Assembly: GCA_045649415.1 (NCBI GenBank)
Contig: JAZRPY010000006.1
Span: forward strand, 14,466 to 78,465
Direction: 5' to 3'
DNA length: 64,000 nt
Origin: Clostridia bacterium
Lineage (GTDB): Bacteria > Bacillota > Clostridia > UBA1381
The stretch's first letter is position 1. Every line of letters begins with the position of its first letter. This document shows, in pieces, positions 56,392 to 64,000 of this stretch. Made by a program: the position numbers and the translations under genes. Under the pieces are notes generated by a model, which saw only the letters and a list, made by a program, of their open reading frames with translations, did not search any database and had not been told where the DNA came from.

Positions 56392-56847
56392 ATGAAGTGC
56401 CCCTATTGTGGATTTGAGGAAGGAAAGGTAATCGACTCAAGACCAACCGAAGACGGAAACGCTATAAGACGAAGAAGAGAATGTCTGAATTGTCAGAGGA
56501 GATTCACAACCTATGAAACTCTCGAAACTATTTCTCTTGCAGTTATCAAGGCTGATAATTCACGCCAGCCTTACGACAGAGCTAAAATCTTAAGAGGTAT
56601 AATCCGTGCCTGTGAAAAGCGTCCTGTAACTTTGCCTCAGATGGAAAAGATTGCAGACGATATTGAGAGTGAAATATATCAGACTATGGAAAAAGAAATC
56701 ACCAGTACCGAGATTGGTGAAAAGGTAATGAAGCACTTAAAAGAGGTGGACGAGGTTGCCTATGTACGCTTTGCGTCAGTACATAAGCATTTTTCCGACA
56801 TTCAAACTTTTATGAAAGAGCTTCAACGCTTGATTGACGAAAAATAA
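56392..56847 (+). CDS. nrdR: Transcriptional repressor NrdR
   Basis: MKCPYCG...RRRRECLNCQRRFTTYE zinc ribbon plus an ATP-cone domain. Confidence 0.95.
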   Translation: MKCPYCGFEEGKVIDSRPTEDGNAIRRRRECLNCQRRFTTYETLETISLAVIKADNSRQPYDRAKILRGIIRACEKRPVTLPQMEKIADDIESEIYQTMEKEITSTEIGEKVMKHLKEVDEVAYVRFASVHKHFSDIQTFMKELQRLIDEK

Positions 56848-56869
56848 TCCGAGAAAGGACGAGTTAGCT

Positions 56870-58234
56870 ATGGGGAATAAGACAGTTGCAGCAATTTCAA
56901 CACCAAAGGGCGTTGGAGGAATAGCTGTAATTCGTGTAAGTGGTGATGATGCAATTACCATAGCCGACAGGATTTTCAAAGGAAAACAAAAGCTTTCTGA
57001 TGCCCAAAGTCACACTATTCACTATGGCTTTATTATAAACGAAAAGGGTGAAAAGTTGGACGAGGTTTTAGTGTCAGTTATGCGAGCTCCGAGAACCTTC
57101 ACTAAAGAGAATGTTGTTGAAATTAACACTCATGGAGGCGTGAGGGCATCCAATGCTGTTATGGAGGAGCTTATAAGGGCAGGCGCTCAGGTGGCAGAGG
57201 CAGGGGAGTTCACAAAACGAGCCTTTTTAAACGGGAGAATTGATTTATCTCAGGCCGAAGCGGTTATTGATATTATCAATGCAAAAACCGAGCTTGCAAG
57301 CAAGAATGCACTATCTCAGGCAGAGGGAACTCTGTTTCGTGGGATAGAGAAAATAAGAGGTGAGCTTGTGGGGCTTGCAGCCTCAATCCAAGTTTTGATT
57401 GATTATCCTGATGAGGATTTAGAGGACATAACTCAGGAGGATGTGCTAAAAAAAGCCACTCAGGAAAGAGAGGCTATAATAGAGCTTTTGAACTCGGGAA
57501 AAAGTGGACAGGTTATAAGCGAGGGAATTAAAACTGCAATTGTGGGCAGACCAAATGTTGGAAAGTCGTCCCTTTTAAATAGCCTTGCTCACACCGACAG
57601 AGCAATTGTAACAGATATTGCAGGCACCACAAGAGATGTGATTGAGGAGCTTGTGAATTTGGACGGAGTCTTATTAAGACTGTCAGATACTGCAGGGATA
57701 AGAGAAACTGCCGACGAGATTGAGAAAATCGGTGTTGAAAGGTCAATTCGTTCCATTGAGGAGGCAGACCTTGTTTTAGTGGTGCTTGAAAGCAAGGCAA
57801 GGTTGGGTGAAGAGGACCTTGAAATTTTAGAAAAGACCGAGGGAAAAAACAGAATTATACTTGTGAACAAGTCGGATTTGGGGAAAGCAGATTTTATAGA
57901 TAAGCTTCCTCAAAATGAGCCTGTTATTTCAATTTCTGCAAAAACAGGTGAGGGAGTGCGTGAAATATCAAGACTTTTAAAGGAAAGATACAACCTTGGT
58001 ATGATAGGCGAGAATGATTGTCTGGTGATAACCAATATGCGTCATAAATCTGCACTTTCAAGGGCAGAGGAAGCTCTTGGGCGTATGTGCGACGGGCTTG
58101 TTTGTGGAATGCCCACAGACCTGGTTACTATCGATTTGAATATGGCAATTGAAGCACTTGGAGAAATCACAGGTGCAACTGTGTCGGAGGATGTGGTAAG
58201 CTCAATATTCCATAGCTTCTGCGTAGGAAAATAA
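56870..58234 (+). CDS. mnmE: tRNA modification GTPase MnmE
   Basis: IAAISTPKGVGGIAVIRVSG, GRPNVGKSSLLN, DTAGIR and C-terminal FCVGK. Confidence 0.95.
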   Translation: MGNKTVAAISTPKGVGGIAVIRVSGDDAITIADRIFKGKQKLSDAQSHTIHYGFIINEKGEKLDEVLVSVMRAPRTFTKENVVEINTHGGVRASNAVMEELIRAGAQVAEAGEFTKRAFLNGRIDLSQAEAVIDIINAKTELASKNALSQAEGTLFRGIEKIRGELVGLAASIQVLIDYPDEDLEDITQEDVLKKATQEREAIIELLNSGKSGQVISEGIKTAIVGRPNVGKSSLLNSLAHTDRAIVTDIAGTTRDVIEELVNLDGVLLRLSDTAGIRETADEIEKIGVERSIRSIEEADLVLVVLESKARLGEEDLEILEKTEGKNRIILVNKSDLGKADFIDKLPQNEPVISISAKTGEGVREISRLLKERYNLGMIGENDCLVITNMRHKSALSRAEEALGRMCDGLVCGMPTDLVTIDLNMAIEALGEITGATVSEDVVSSIFHSFCVGK

Positions 58235-58241
58235 ATAATAG

Positions 58242-58270
58242 GGGACAAGGGTATTGCTTGTCCCTTTTGT
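58242..58270 (+). terminator. Rho-independent terminator after mnmE
   Basis: Stem gggacaag/cttgtccc followed by tttt. Confidence 0.65.
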
Positions 58271-58484
58271 GTTAAAAGAATACTTTAAAATATGACAAAA
58301 TAAATATTCTTTTTATAAAATTTTCAAAGCTCCTTTGGGGGCTTTTATTTTTTTGTGGCAAAAGAGGTCACATTATAGAATTTATTGGATAATGCTTGCC
58401 ATAATCCGACAAGGGAATATGACAAATTTCAAACACCATTCGTTGTATAATTATGTCATAGCAAAGGGAATGGGGATGATTTTT

Positions 58485-59285
58485 ATGACCATTTATCCTG
58501 ATATACTTTTTTTGATAAATTTCTTTCAGGATTTTCTGCTTATAAGGATAACTGCAGATATTATGGGTGTGGATACAAAATGGTGGAGGACAATTCTCTC
58601 GGCAATTTCGGGAGGGGTATTGGCAACCCTGTTTTTCATAATAGATACAGGGTATTTCAACTCGGCAGTCATATCCTTTGTTATAGCAGTAATAATGAGT
58701 GGCATTTCATATTCTCCCTGTAGATTTAAGGAGATTCTAAAGAGAAGCACAATGTTTTTTTTCACCTCTTGTTTTATGTCGGGAATGTTATTTTTATTTA
58801 TGCGACTTATGGGTGGGGGAATGGTTAAAAATTCAGTTTTTTACATATCCTCTTTAAGACTTTTTGTCGTCAGTGCGAGTGTATATTTTTTAATAAAAAT
58901 AGGAACAGGGAAACTGAAAAGAAGAATATCCTCGAGAGTGAAGGGAGTTGTTCTCGAACAGGGCGAAAAAAGAGTGAGAGTTGAAGGACTCATAGACACA
59001 GGCAACGGACTTTTTGACCCTGTAACCAAAAAGCCTGTTATCTTAGCAGAGATTGGAGTTTTTGAGAAACTGTTTGGAAAAGGCGTAACAGAGAATAATA
59101 TAAACGAATGGGTGGAATTGGACAGAATAAGACTTATTCCATATACCACTATAGACACCAAGGGATATTTAACAGGCGTTGTGATAGATAAAATCTATAT
59201 TGACGGGAAATGTCAAAAAAGAGGTGTTGCAGCTATTTGCAATAAAAAACTAAAATATCCCGTGATATTAAATGCAGGAATGTGA
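58485..59285 (+). CDS. spoIIGA: Sigma-E processing peptidase SpoIIGA
   Basis: MTIYPDILFLINFFQDFLLI is the typical N-terminus. It has multiple TM helices and the aspartic protease motif GLIDTGNGLFDP. The upstream part of the 58335 ORF overlaps a hairpin/T-run and is judged non-coding. Confidence 0.85.
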   Translation: MTIYPDILFLINFFQDFLLIRITADIMGVDTKWWRTILSAISGGVLATLFFIIDTGYFNSAVISFVIAVIMSGISYSPCRFKEILKRSTMFFFTSCFMSGMLFLFMRLMGGGMVKNSVFYISSLRLFVVSASVYFLIKIGTGKLKRRISSRVKGVVLEQGEKRVRVEGLIDTGNGLFDPVTKKPVILAEIGVFEKLFGKGVTENNINEWVELDRIRLIPYTTIDTKGYLTGVVIDKIYIDGKCQKRGVAAICNKKLKYPVILNAGM

Positions 59286-59311
59286 TTTAAAATGAAAGGC
59301 AGGAGAATTGT

Positions 59312-60025
59312 GTGATTGAGCTGATTAGGAAAATCGGTTGTTGCATCCTTGAATTTTGCAGCAAAATTGAGGATAACGAAATATATTATATAGGTGGGAG
59401 TGAGGCTTTGCCTCAGCCGCTTTCAAGGGAGGAGGAGGCCGAGCTTTTGGATAGACTGAGAGAAAAGGATTTTTCAGTAAGACAGACCTTAATTGAAAGA
59501 AATTTAAGACTGGTGGTATATATTGCACGAAAGTTTGAAAATACAGGCATATATGTGGAGGACTTAATATCAATCGGTACCATAGGACTTATAAAGGCAA
59601 TCAACACATTTAACCCCAATAAAAATATCAAGCTTGCAACCTATGCCACAAGATGCATAGAAAACGAAATACTTATGTACTTGAGAAAAAATCAGAACAC
59701 AAGAACAGAGGTGTCGATAGATGAGCCTTTGAATGTGGATTGGGACGGAAACGAGCTTTTGTTGTCCGACATACTTGGAGTGGAAAGTGATGTGATTTAC
59801 AAAAATATAGAGGATGAGGTGGACAGGGATTTGTTGTCTGCTGCTATGAAAAAGCTTCCCGGAAGGGAAAGGGAAATAATGAAATTAAGGTTTGGAATAG
59901 GCACGGGCAGAGAGAAAACTCAAAAGGAGGTTGCCGATATTTTAGGCATTTCCCAATCCTATATTTCACGCCTTGAAAAAAGAATAATTTCACGGTTAAA
60001 AAAAGAAATTTCACGAATGATTTAG
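59312..60025 (+). CDS. sigE: RNA polymerase sporulation sigma factor E (pro-sigma-E)
   Basis: Pro-sequence followed by [14 protein letters not shown], and sigma-70 regions 2-4. Confidence 0.9.
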   Translation: MIELIRKIGCCILEFCSKIEDNEIYYIGGSEALPQPLSREEEAELLDRLREKDFSVRQTLIERNLRLVVYIARKFENTGIYVEDLISIGTIGLIKAINTFNPNKNIKLATYATRCIENEILMYLRKNQNTRTEVSIDEPLNVDWDGNELLLSDILGVESDVIYKNIEDEVDRDLLSAAMKKLPGREREIMKLRFGIGTGREKTQKEVADILGISQSYISRLEKRIISRLKKEISRMI

Positions 60026-60118
60026 CCCCCTTTTGTCAATACTAAAAAAGGAAAATAACCTTGTACATATCAAATGATAAATTTGAAATAAATATAAGAG
60101 GGCGAGGTTGTTTTTTTT

Positions 60119-60886
60119 ATGAATAAGGTTGAGATTTGTGGCGTGAATACTGCATCGTTGCCTACACTTTCAAGGGAGGAAAAGCAGGCACTTTTTATAA
60201 AAATAAAGGAAGGTGACCAACAGGCGAGAGAAAAATTTGTTCAGGGAAATTTAAGGCTTGTTCTCAGTGTCATTCAAAGGTTTTCCAACAGGGGTGAAAA
60301 TCCTGACGATTTGTTTCAGGTGGGATGTATCGGCTTGATTAAGGCGATTGATAATTTCGACCTTTCCCAGAATGTTCAGTTTTCCACCTATGCAGTTCCT
60401 ATGATAATCGGTGAAATAAGGAGATATTTAAGGGATAATAATGCAATAAGAATAAGCAGGTCATTAAAGGATATTGCATATAAGGCAATTTATGTAAAGG
60501 AAAAGCTATCCTCAAAAAACTCAAGAGAGCCTACCATCACCGAAATTGCAAAGGAATTGGATTTGCCAAAGGAGGAGGTATCCTTTGCTCTTGATGCTAT
60601 AGCCGAGCCTATAAGCCTATATGAGCCTGTGTACCACGACGGTGGTGAGGCAATATATGTTATGGATCAGGTAAAAGACAAGAAAAACACAGACGAAAAC
60701 TGGCTTGAAAATATTGCACTTGACGAGGCGATGAGGCATCTTGGAGAAAGGGAGAAACACATTTTGAAGCTGAGATTTTTCAAAGGGAAAACACAAATGG
60801 AAGTTGCCGAGGAAATAGGAATTAGTCAGGCACAGGTATCAAGACTTGAAAAAAGTGCCTTGAAAAATATGCGAAAGTATATATAA
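60119..60886 (+). CDS. sigG: RNA polymerase sporulation sigma factor G
   Basis: VEICGVNTASLPTLS...GNLRLVLSVIQRF..., positioned directly after sigE. Confidence 0.9.
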   Translation: MNKVEICGVNTASLPTLSREEKQALFIKIKEGDQQAREKFVQGNLRLVLSVIQRFSNRGENPDDLFQVGCIGLIKAIDNFDLSQNVQFSTYAVPMIIGEIRRYLRDNNAIRISRSLKDIAYKAIYVKEKLSSKNSREPTITEIAKELDLPKEEVSFALDAIAEPISLYEPVYHDGGEAIYVMDQVKDKKNTDENWLENIALDEAMRHLGEREKHILKLRFFKGKTQMEVAEEIGISQAQVSRLEKSALKNMRKYI

Positions 60887-60893
60887 ATACTAT

Positions 60894-60930
60894 AGGTGAT
60901 ACTAAAATTTTTTGGTATCACCTTTTTTTG
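60894..60930 (+). terminator. Rho-independent terminator after sigG
   Basis: Stem aggtgatac/gtatcacct followed by a T7 run. Confidence 0.8.
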
Positions 60931-61127
60931 GGTGTAATTTTAACAAAGAACATATAATAAGTAGGTTTCTTTATAAGAAAAGTGCTATTTTTGTAAAAAT
61001 ATATTGATATTATATGGAATTAGAGGTATAATATAAGAATATAGTAGTATAATGCTATAATTGTGTAAAAATGCGATTAAAACAAAGGGATATATTATAA
61101 AAAATATTAAGGAAAGGCAGATAGAAA

Positions 61128-62783
61128 ATGGATTATAACAAATTAGCAGAGCTTATTTTCCCTAACATTACAAAAATTCCTGAGGATTATGAAAAGGAGT
61201 ACCCCAAAAGAACACTTAAAGAGGGTGCAAAGGTAACAAGATTTGCACCAAGTCCAACAGGCTTTCTACATATAGGTGGTCTGTTTGCAGCCTTTATGGC
61301 AGAAAGGGTAGCACATCTTACCGACGGTGTGTTCTATCTGAGAATTGAGGACACCGATAAAAAAAGAGAGGTAGAGGACGGGGTTTCGAGAATTGTTGAG
61401 GGATTAAAGGTGTTCGGCGTAAACTTTGACGAGGGAATGACATCTGAAACTGATGAAACAGGCGAATATGGTCCATATATGCAGAGCAAGAGAAAGGACA
61501 TATACCAATCCTTCTGTAAGGAGCTTATGAAAAAGGGACTTGCGTATCCGTGCTTCTGCACTGCTGAGGAGTTGGCAGACATCAGAGAAAAGCAGGAAAA
61601 AGACAAAATTACCCCGGGGTATTATGGTGAATATGCTCATTGCAGAGATTTGAGCTATGAGGAGATTGAGGAAAAAATCAATAAAGGTGCAGGTTTTGTT
61701 GTAAGATTAAAGTCACCGGGAAAAGAGGATAAGAGAATCTCCTTTGAGGACGGAATTAAGGGCACAATTGAAATGCCTGAAAATATAACCGATATAGTTT
61801 TATTAAAGACCGATGGAATACCAACCTATCATTTTGCTCACGCAGTTGATGATCACCTGATGGGTACAACTGATGTTATAAGAGGTGATGAATGGATTTC
61901 ATCAGCACCAATACATTTACAGCTATTTGATGTGCTTGGCTTTGAAACACCAAGATATTCACACATTTCTCCTATCACCAAAGAGGATGAGGAAACGGGG
62001 GGAAAAAGAAAGCTTTCCAAGAGAAAGGACCCTGAGGCTGCAGTTACCTACTACCATGAGGTAGGGTATCCTAAGGAAGCAGTTCTGGAATATCTTCTAA
62101 CTATTGCTAATTCAAACTATGAGCAATGGCGAATGGACAATCCTGAGGCTGACAGAAACACATTCCCATTTTCTTTAAAGAATATGAGCAAGGCAGGAGC
62201 ATTGTTTGATATTGCAAAGCTCACCGACATCAGTAAGACCTATATAGCAACCTTGTCGGCAGAGGAGGTTTATGAAAGAGTGCTTGCCTGGGCAGAGGGC
62301 TATGATGAAAAATTCAAAGAAAGAATTATAAATAATCCAGAGTATGCACTAAACATATTCTCCATTGAAAGAGGTAACGAAAAGCCAAGAAAGGATATTT
62401 CAAAGTGGGCAGAGATGCCTGAATATGTGGAATATTTCTATGAAGCACCAAAAAATTGCGAATATCCCGAAAATCTATCAAATGCCGATATGGCAGAGAT
62501 TTTAAAGGAATATAAAAAGGTCTATACTCCTGATGAGGACCAGGAGAGCTGGTTCCCTAAGGTGAGGGATATGAGTGAAAGCTTGGGCTATGCAAAGGCA
62601 CCTAAGCTATATAAGAAAAATCCTGAGGAATATAAGGGCCATGTGGGAGATGTGAGCACAGTTATAAGAGTGGCTGCAACAGGCAGAAGAAACACTCCCG
62701 ACTTGTACCAGATTTTGAAAACTCTTGGATATGACGAGGTAATCAGAAGATTTGATGATGCAATAAGTTCATTGGAAAACTAA
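61128..62783 (+). CDS. gltX: Glutamate--tRNA ligase (long, 551-aa form)
   Basis: RFAPSPTGFLHIGG (HIGH motif) and KLSKRK (KMSKS motif). Confidence 0.85.
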   Translation: MDYNKLAELIFPNITKIPEDYEKEYPKRTLKEGAKVTRFAPSPTGFLHIGGLFAAFMAERVAHLTDGVFYLRIEDTDKKREVEDGVSRIVEGLKVFGVNFDEGMTSETDETGEYGPYMQSKRKDIYQSFCKELMKKGLAYPCFCTAEELADIREKQEKDKITPGYYGEYAHCRDLSYEEIEEKINKGAGFVVRLKSPGKEDKRISFEDGIKGTIEMPENITDIVLLKTDGIPTYHFAHAVDDHLMGTTDVIRGDEWISSAPIHLQLFDVLGFETPRYSHISPITKEDEETGGKRKLSKRKDPEAAVTYYHEVGYPKEAVLEYLLTIANSNYEQWRMDNPEADRNTFPFSLKNMSKAGALFDIAKLTDISKTYIATLSAEEVYERVLAWAEGYDEKFKERIINNPEYALNIFSIERGNEKPRKDISKWAEMPEYVEYFYEAPKNCEYPENLSNADMAEILKEYKKVYTPDEDQESWFPKVRDMSESLGYAKAPKLYKKNPEEYKGHVGDVSTVIRVAATGRRNTPDLYQILKTLGYDEVIRRFDDAISSLEN

Positions 62784-62804
62784 GAAGGACAGGTGATATA
62801 CTAA

Positions 62805-64000
62805 ATGGAAGAGATAAGAGAATCGGTTAATTTTATACACGAGGCAATAAATAAGGATCTGGAGGATGGAGTCTATAACAGAGTTCAGACGAGATTTCCT
62901 CCTGAGCCAAACGGATATCTTCATATTGGTCATGCAAAGGCAATATGCATTGATTTTGGCACAGCAATAAAATATAACGGAAGCTGTAATTTAAGACTTG
63001 ATGACACTAATCCTACAAAGGAGGATGTGGAGTATGTGGATGCAATTATGGAGGATATAAAATGGCTTGGCTTTAAGTGGGACAAGGTTTTATATGCATC
63101 CGATTATTTTGATGCAATACATGAGTCTGCCATAAAGCTTATTAAAATGGGCAAGGCATATGTTGATGATTTAACTGCAGAAGAAATAAGAGAATACAGA
63201 GGTACTTTAACCGAGGCAGGTAAGAATAGTCCGTATCGTGACCGTAGTGTTGAGGAAAATCTTGAGCTTTTTGAAAGAATGACCAAGGGAGAATTCCAGA
63301 CAGGTGAAAAGGTTTTAAGAGCAAAGATTGATATGGCGTCACCTAATCTCAATATGCGTGACCCTGTAATTTACAGAATTTTACACGCTGAGCATCACAG
63401 AACGGGGGACAAGTGGTGTGTGTACCCGATGTACGATTTTGCACATCCTATTTCCGATACTGTGGAGGGAGTAACTCACTCTTTATGTTCTTTGGAATTT
63501 GAGGACCATCGTCCTTTATATGACTGGGTGCTAAGGGAGCTTGGTTTTGAAGAGCCATCCCGTCAGATTGAATTTGCAAGAATGAATTTAAACTACACCC
63601 TCACAAGTAAGAGAAAATGCCTAAAGCTTGTTCAGGACAATATCGTTTCAGGCTGGGACGACCCAAGAATGGGAACTCTTTGTGGAATGAGAAGGCGTGG
63701 CTACACTGCTACTGCAATCCGTGATTTTTGCGATAGAATTGGTGTTGCAAAGTCAAATAGCGTGATTGATTTTAGTTTACTTGAGCATTGTGTTCGTGAG
63801 GACCTGAACAAAAATGCACCTCGTGCAATGGCAGTTTTAAGACCAATTAAGCTGATAATTGACAACTATCCTGAGGGACAGGTTGAGGAAATAGAGGTTG
63901 AGATTAACCCCGAAAGACCTGAAATGGGAACAAGAAAGGTTGAATTCTCAAGGGAATTGTATATTGAAGAGGACGACTTTATGGTGGATGCACCAAAAAA
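62805..64000 (+). CDS. glnS: Glutamine--tRNA ligase, N-terminal part (3' end lies outside the window); not in the ORF track because no stop codon falls in the window
   Basis: ATG 62805. The translation is [52 protein letters not shown]... and the frame stays open to the window end. Confidence 0.85.
   Translation, partial: MEEIRESVNFIHEAINKDLEDGVYNRVQTRFPPEPNGYLHIGHAKAICIDFGTAIKYNGSCNLRLDDTNPTKEDVEYVDAIMEDIKWLGFKWDKVLYASDYFDAIHESAIKLIKMGKAYVDDLTAEEIREYRGTLTEAGKNSPYRDRSVEENLELFERMTKGEFQTGEKVLRAKIDMASPNLNMRDPVIYRILHAEHHRTGDKWCVYPMYDFAHPISDTVEGVTHSLCSLEFEDHRPLYDWVLRELGFEEPSRQIEFARMNLNYTLTSKRKCLKLVQDNIVSGWDDPRMGTLCGMRRRGYTATAIRDFCDRIGVAKSNSVIDFSLLEHCVREDLNKNAPRAMAVLRPIKLIIDNYPEGQVEEIEVEINPERPEMGTRKVEFSRELYIEEDDFMVDAPK

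Noticed and set aside
58335-58484. An N-terminal 50-codon extension of the spoIIGA ORF.
   Set aside because: It begins inside a hairpin/T-run (aaagctcc...ggggcttt plus T-run), has a non-ATG start and lacks an RBS. The canonical SpoIIGA N-terminus MTIYPDILFL begins at 58485.
60026-60118. A forespore (sigma-F/sigma-G type) promoter between sigE and sigG.
   Set aside because: A promoter is expected here from B. subtilis biology. The best candidate I could align (gtaca..17 nt..gaaataaata) has several mismatches to the consensus as I remember it, which is too uncertain to annotate.
60931-61127. A possible T-box leader upstream of gltX; the regions upstream of gatC and glnS were checked in the same way.
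   Set aside because: The spacer is short and A+T-rich. I could find no specifier-loop/AGAGA element, no conserved T-box sequence (..GGTGGTACCGCG..) and no terminator/antiterminator pair.

Overview
This 64 kb window comes from a low-GC, endospore-forming Firmicute (Clostridia-like) chromosome. All family calls rest on motif recognition and synteny by eye; no similarity search, HMM or folding program was run. The 3' end of gyrA sits at the left edge and most genes are on the + strand, so the region is probably origin-proximal; this is inference.

Most of the window is housekeeping and sporulation genes:
- Housekeeping: two cyclophilins, gatCAB, acpP-rnc-smc-ftsY, tRNA-Leu(CAA), GTP-type PEPCK, gap, nrdR, mnmE, gltX and glnS.
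- Also housekeeping: a ybxF-rpsL-rpsG-fusA-tuf block on the minus strand.
- Sporulation: gerM-like, spoIID, dpaAB, spoIIE, spoIIIAA-AH, spoIIGA-sigE-sigG and a SPOCS/LysM protein.
- A large SLH-domain S-layer protein.

The standout is a 13-gene bacterial microcompartment (BMC) operon at about 3.1-12.9 kb.
- Enzymes: a FucA-like class II aldolase, a CoA-acylating aldehyde dehydrogenase, a Zn alcohol dehydrogenase and PduL. All four carry recognisable terminal encapsulation peptides.
- Shell: four BMC-H genes (one with a long Lys/Thr-rich tail, one with a divergent pore loop), one BMC-P and one PduT-like BMC-T.
- Accessory: a PduO::DUF336 adenosyltransferase, a PduS/RnfC-like Fe-S flavoprotein and a DeoR regulator.
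- No diol dehydratase, glycyl-radical enzyme or ethanolamine lyase is present. This fits an aldolase-type (PVM-like) fucose/rhamnose metabolosome, with a rhamnulokinase gene nearby.

Smaller items worth a second look:
- an unannotated 48-codon Cys/Gly/Asn-rich membrane peptide gene
- an A+T-rich XRE-regulator/membrane-protein islet next to tuf
- a protein built from two CxxC...CxxH modules
- an orphan fumarate/tartrate hydratase beta subunit coupled to a HAD hydrolase

No CRISPR array, transposase, integrase or recognisable defence gene was seen.
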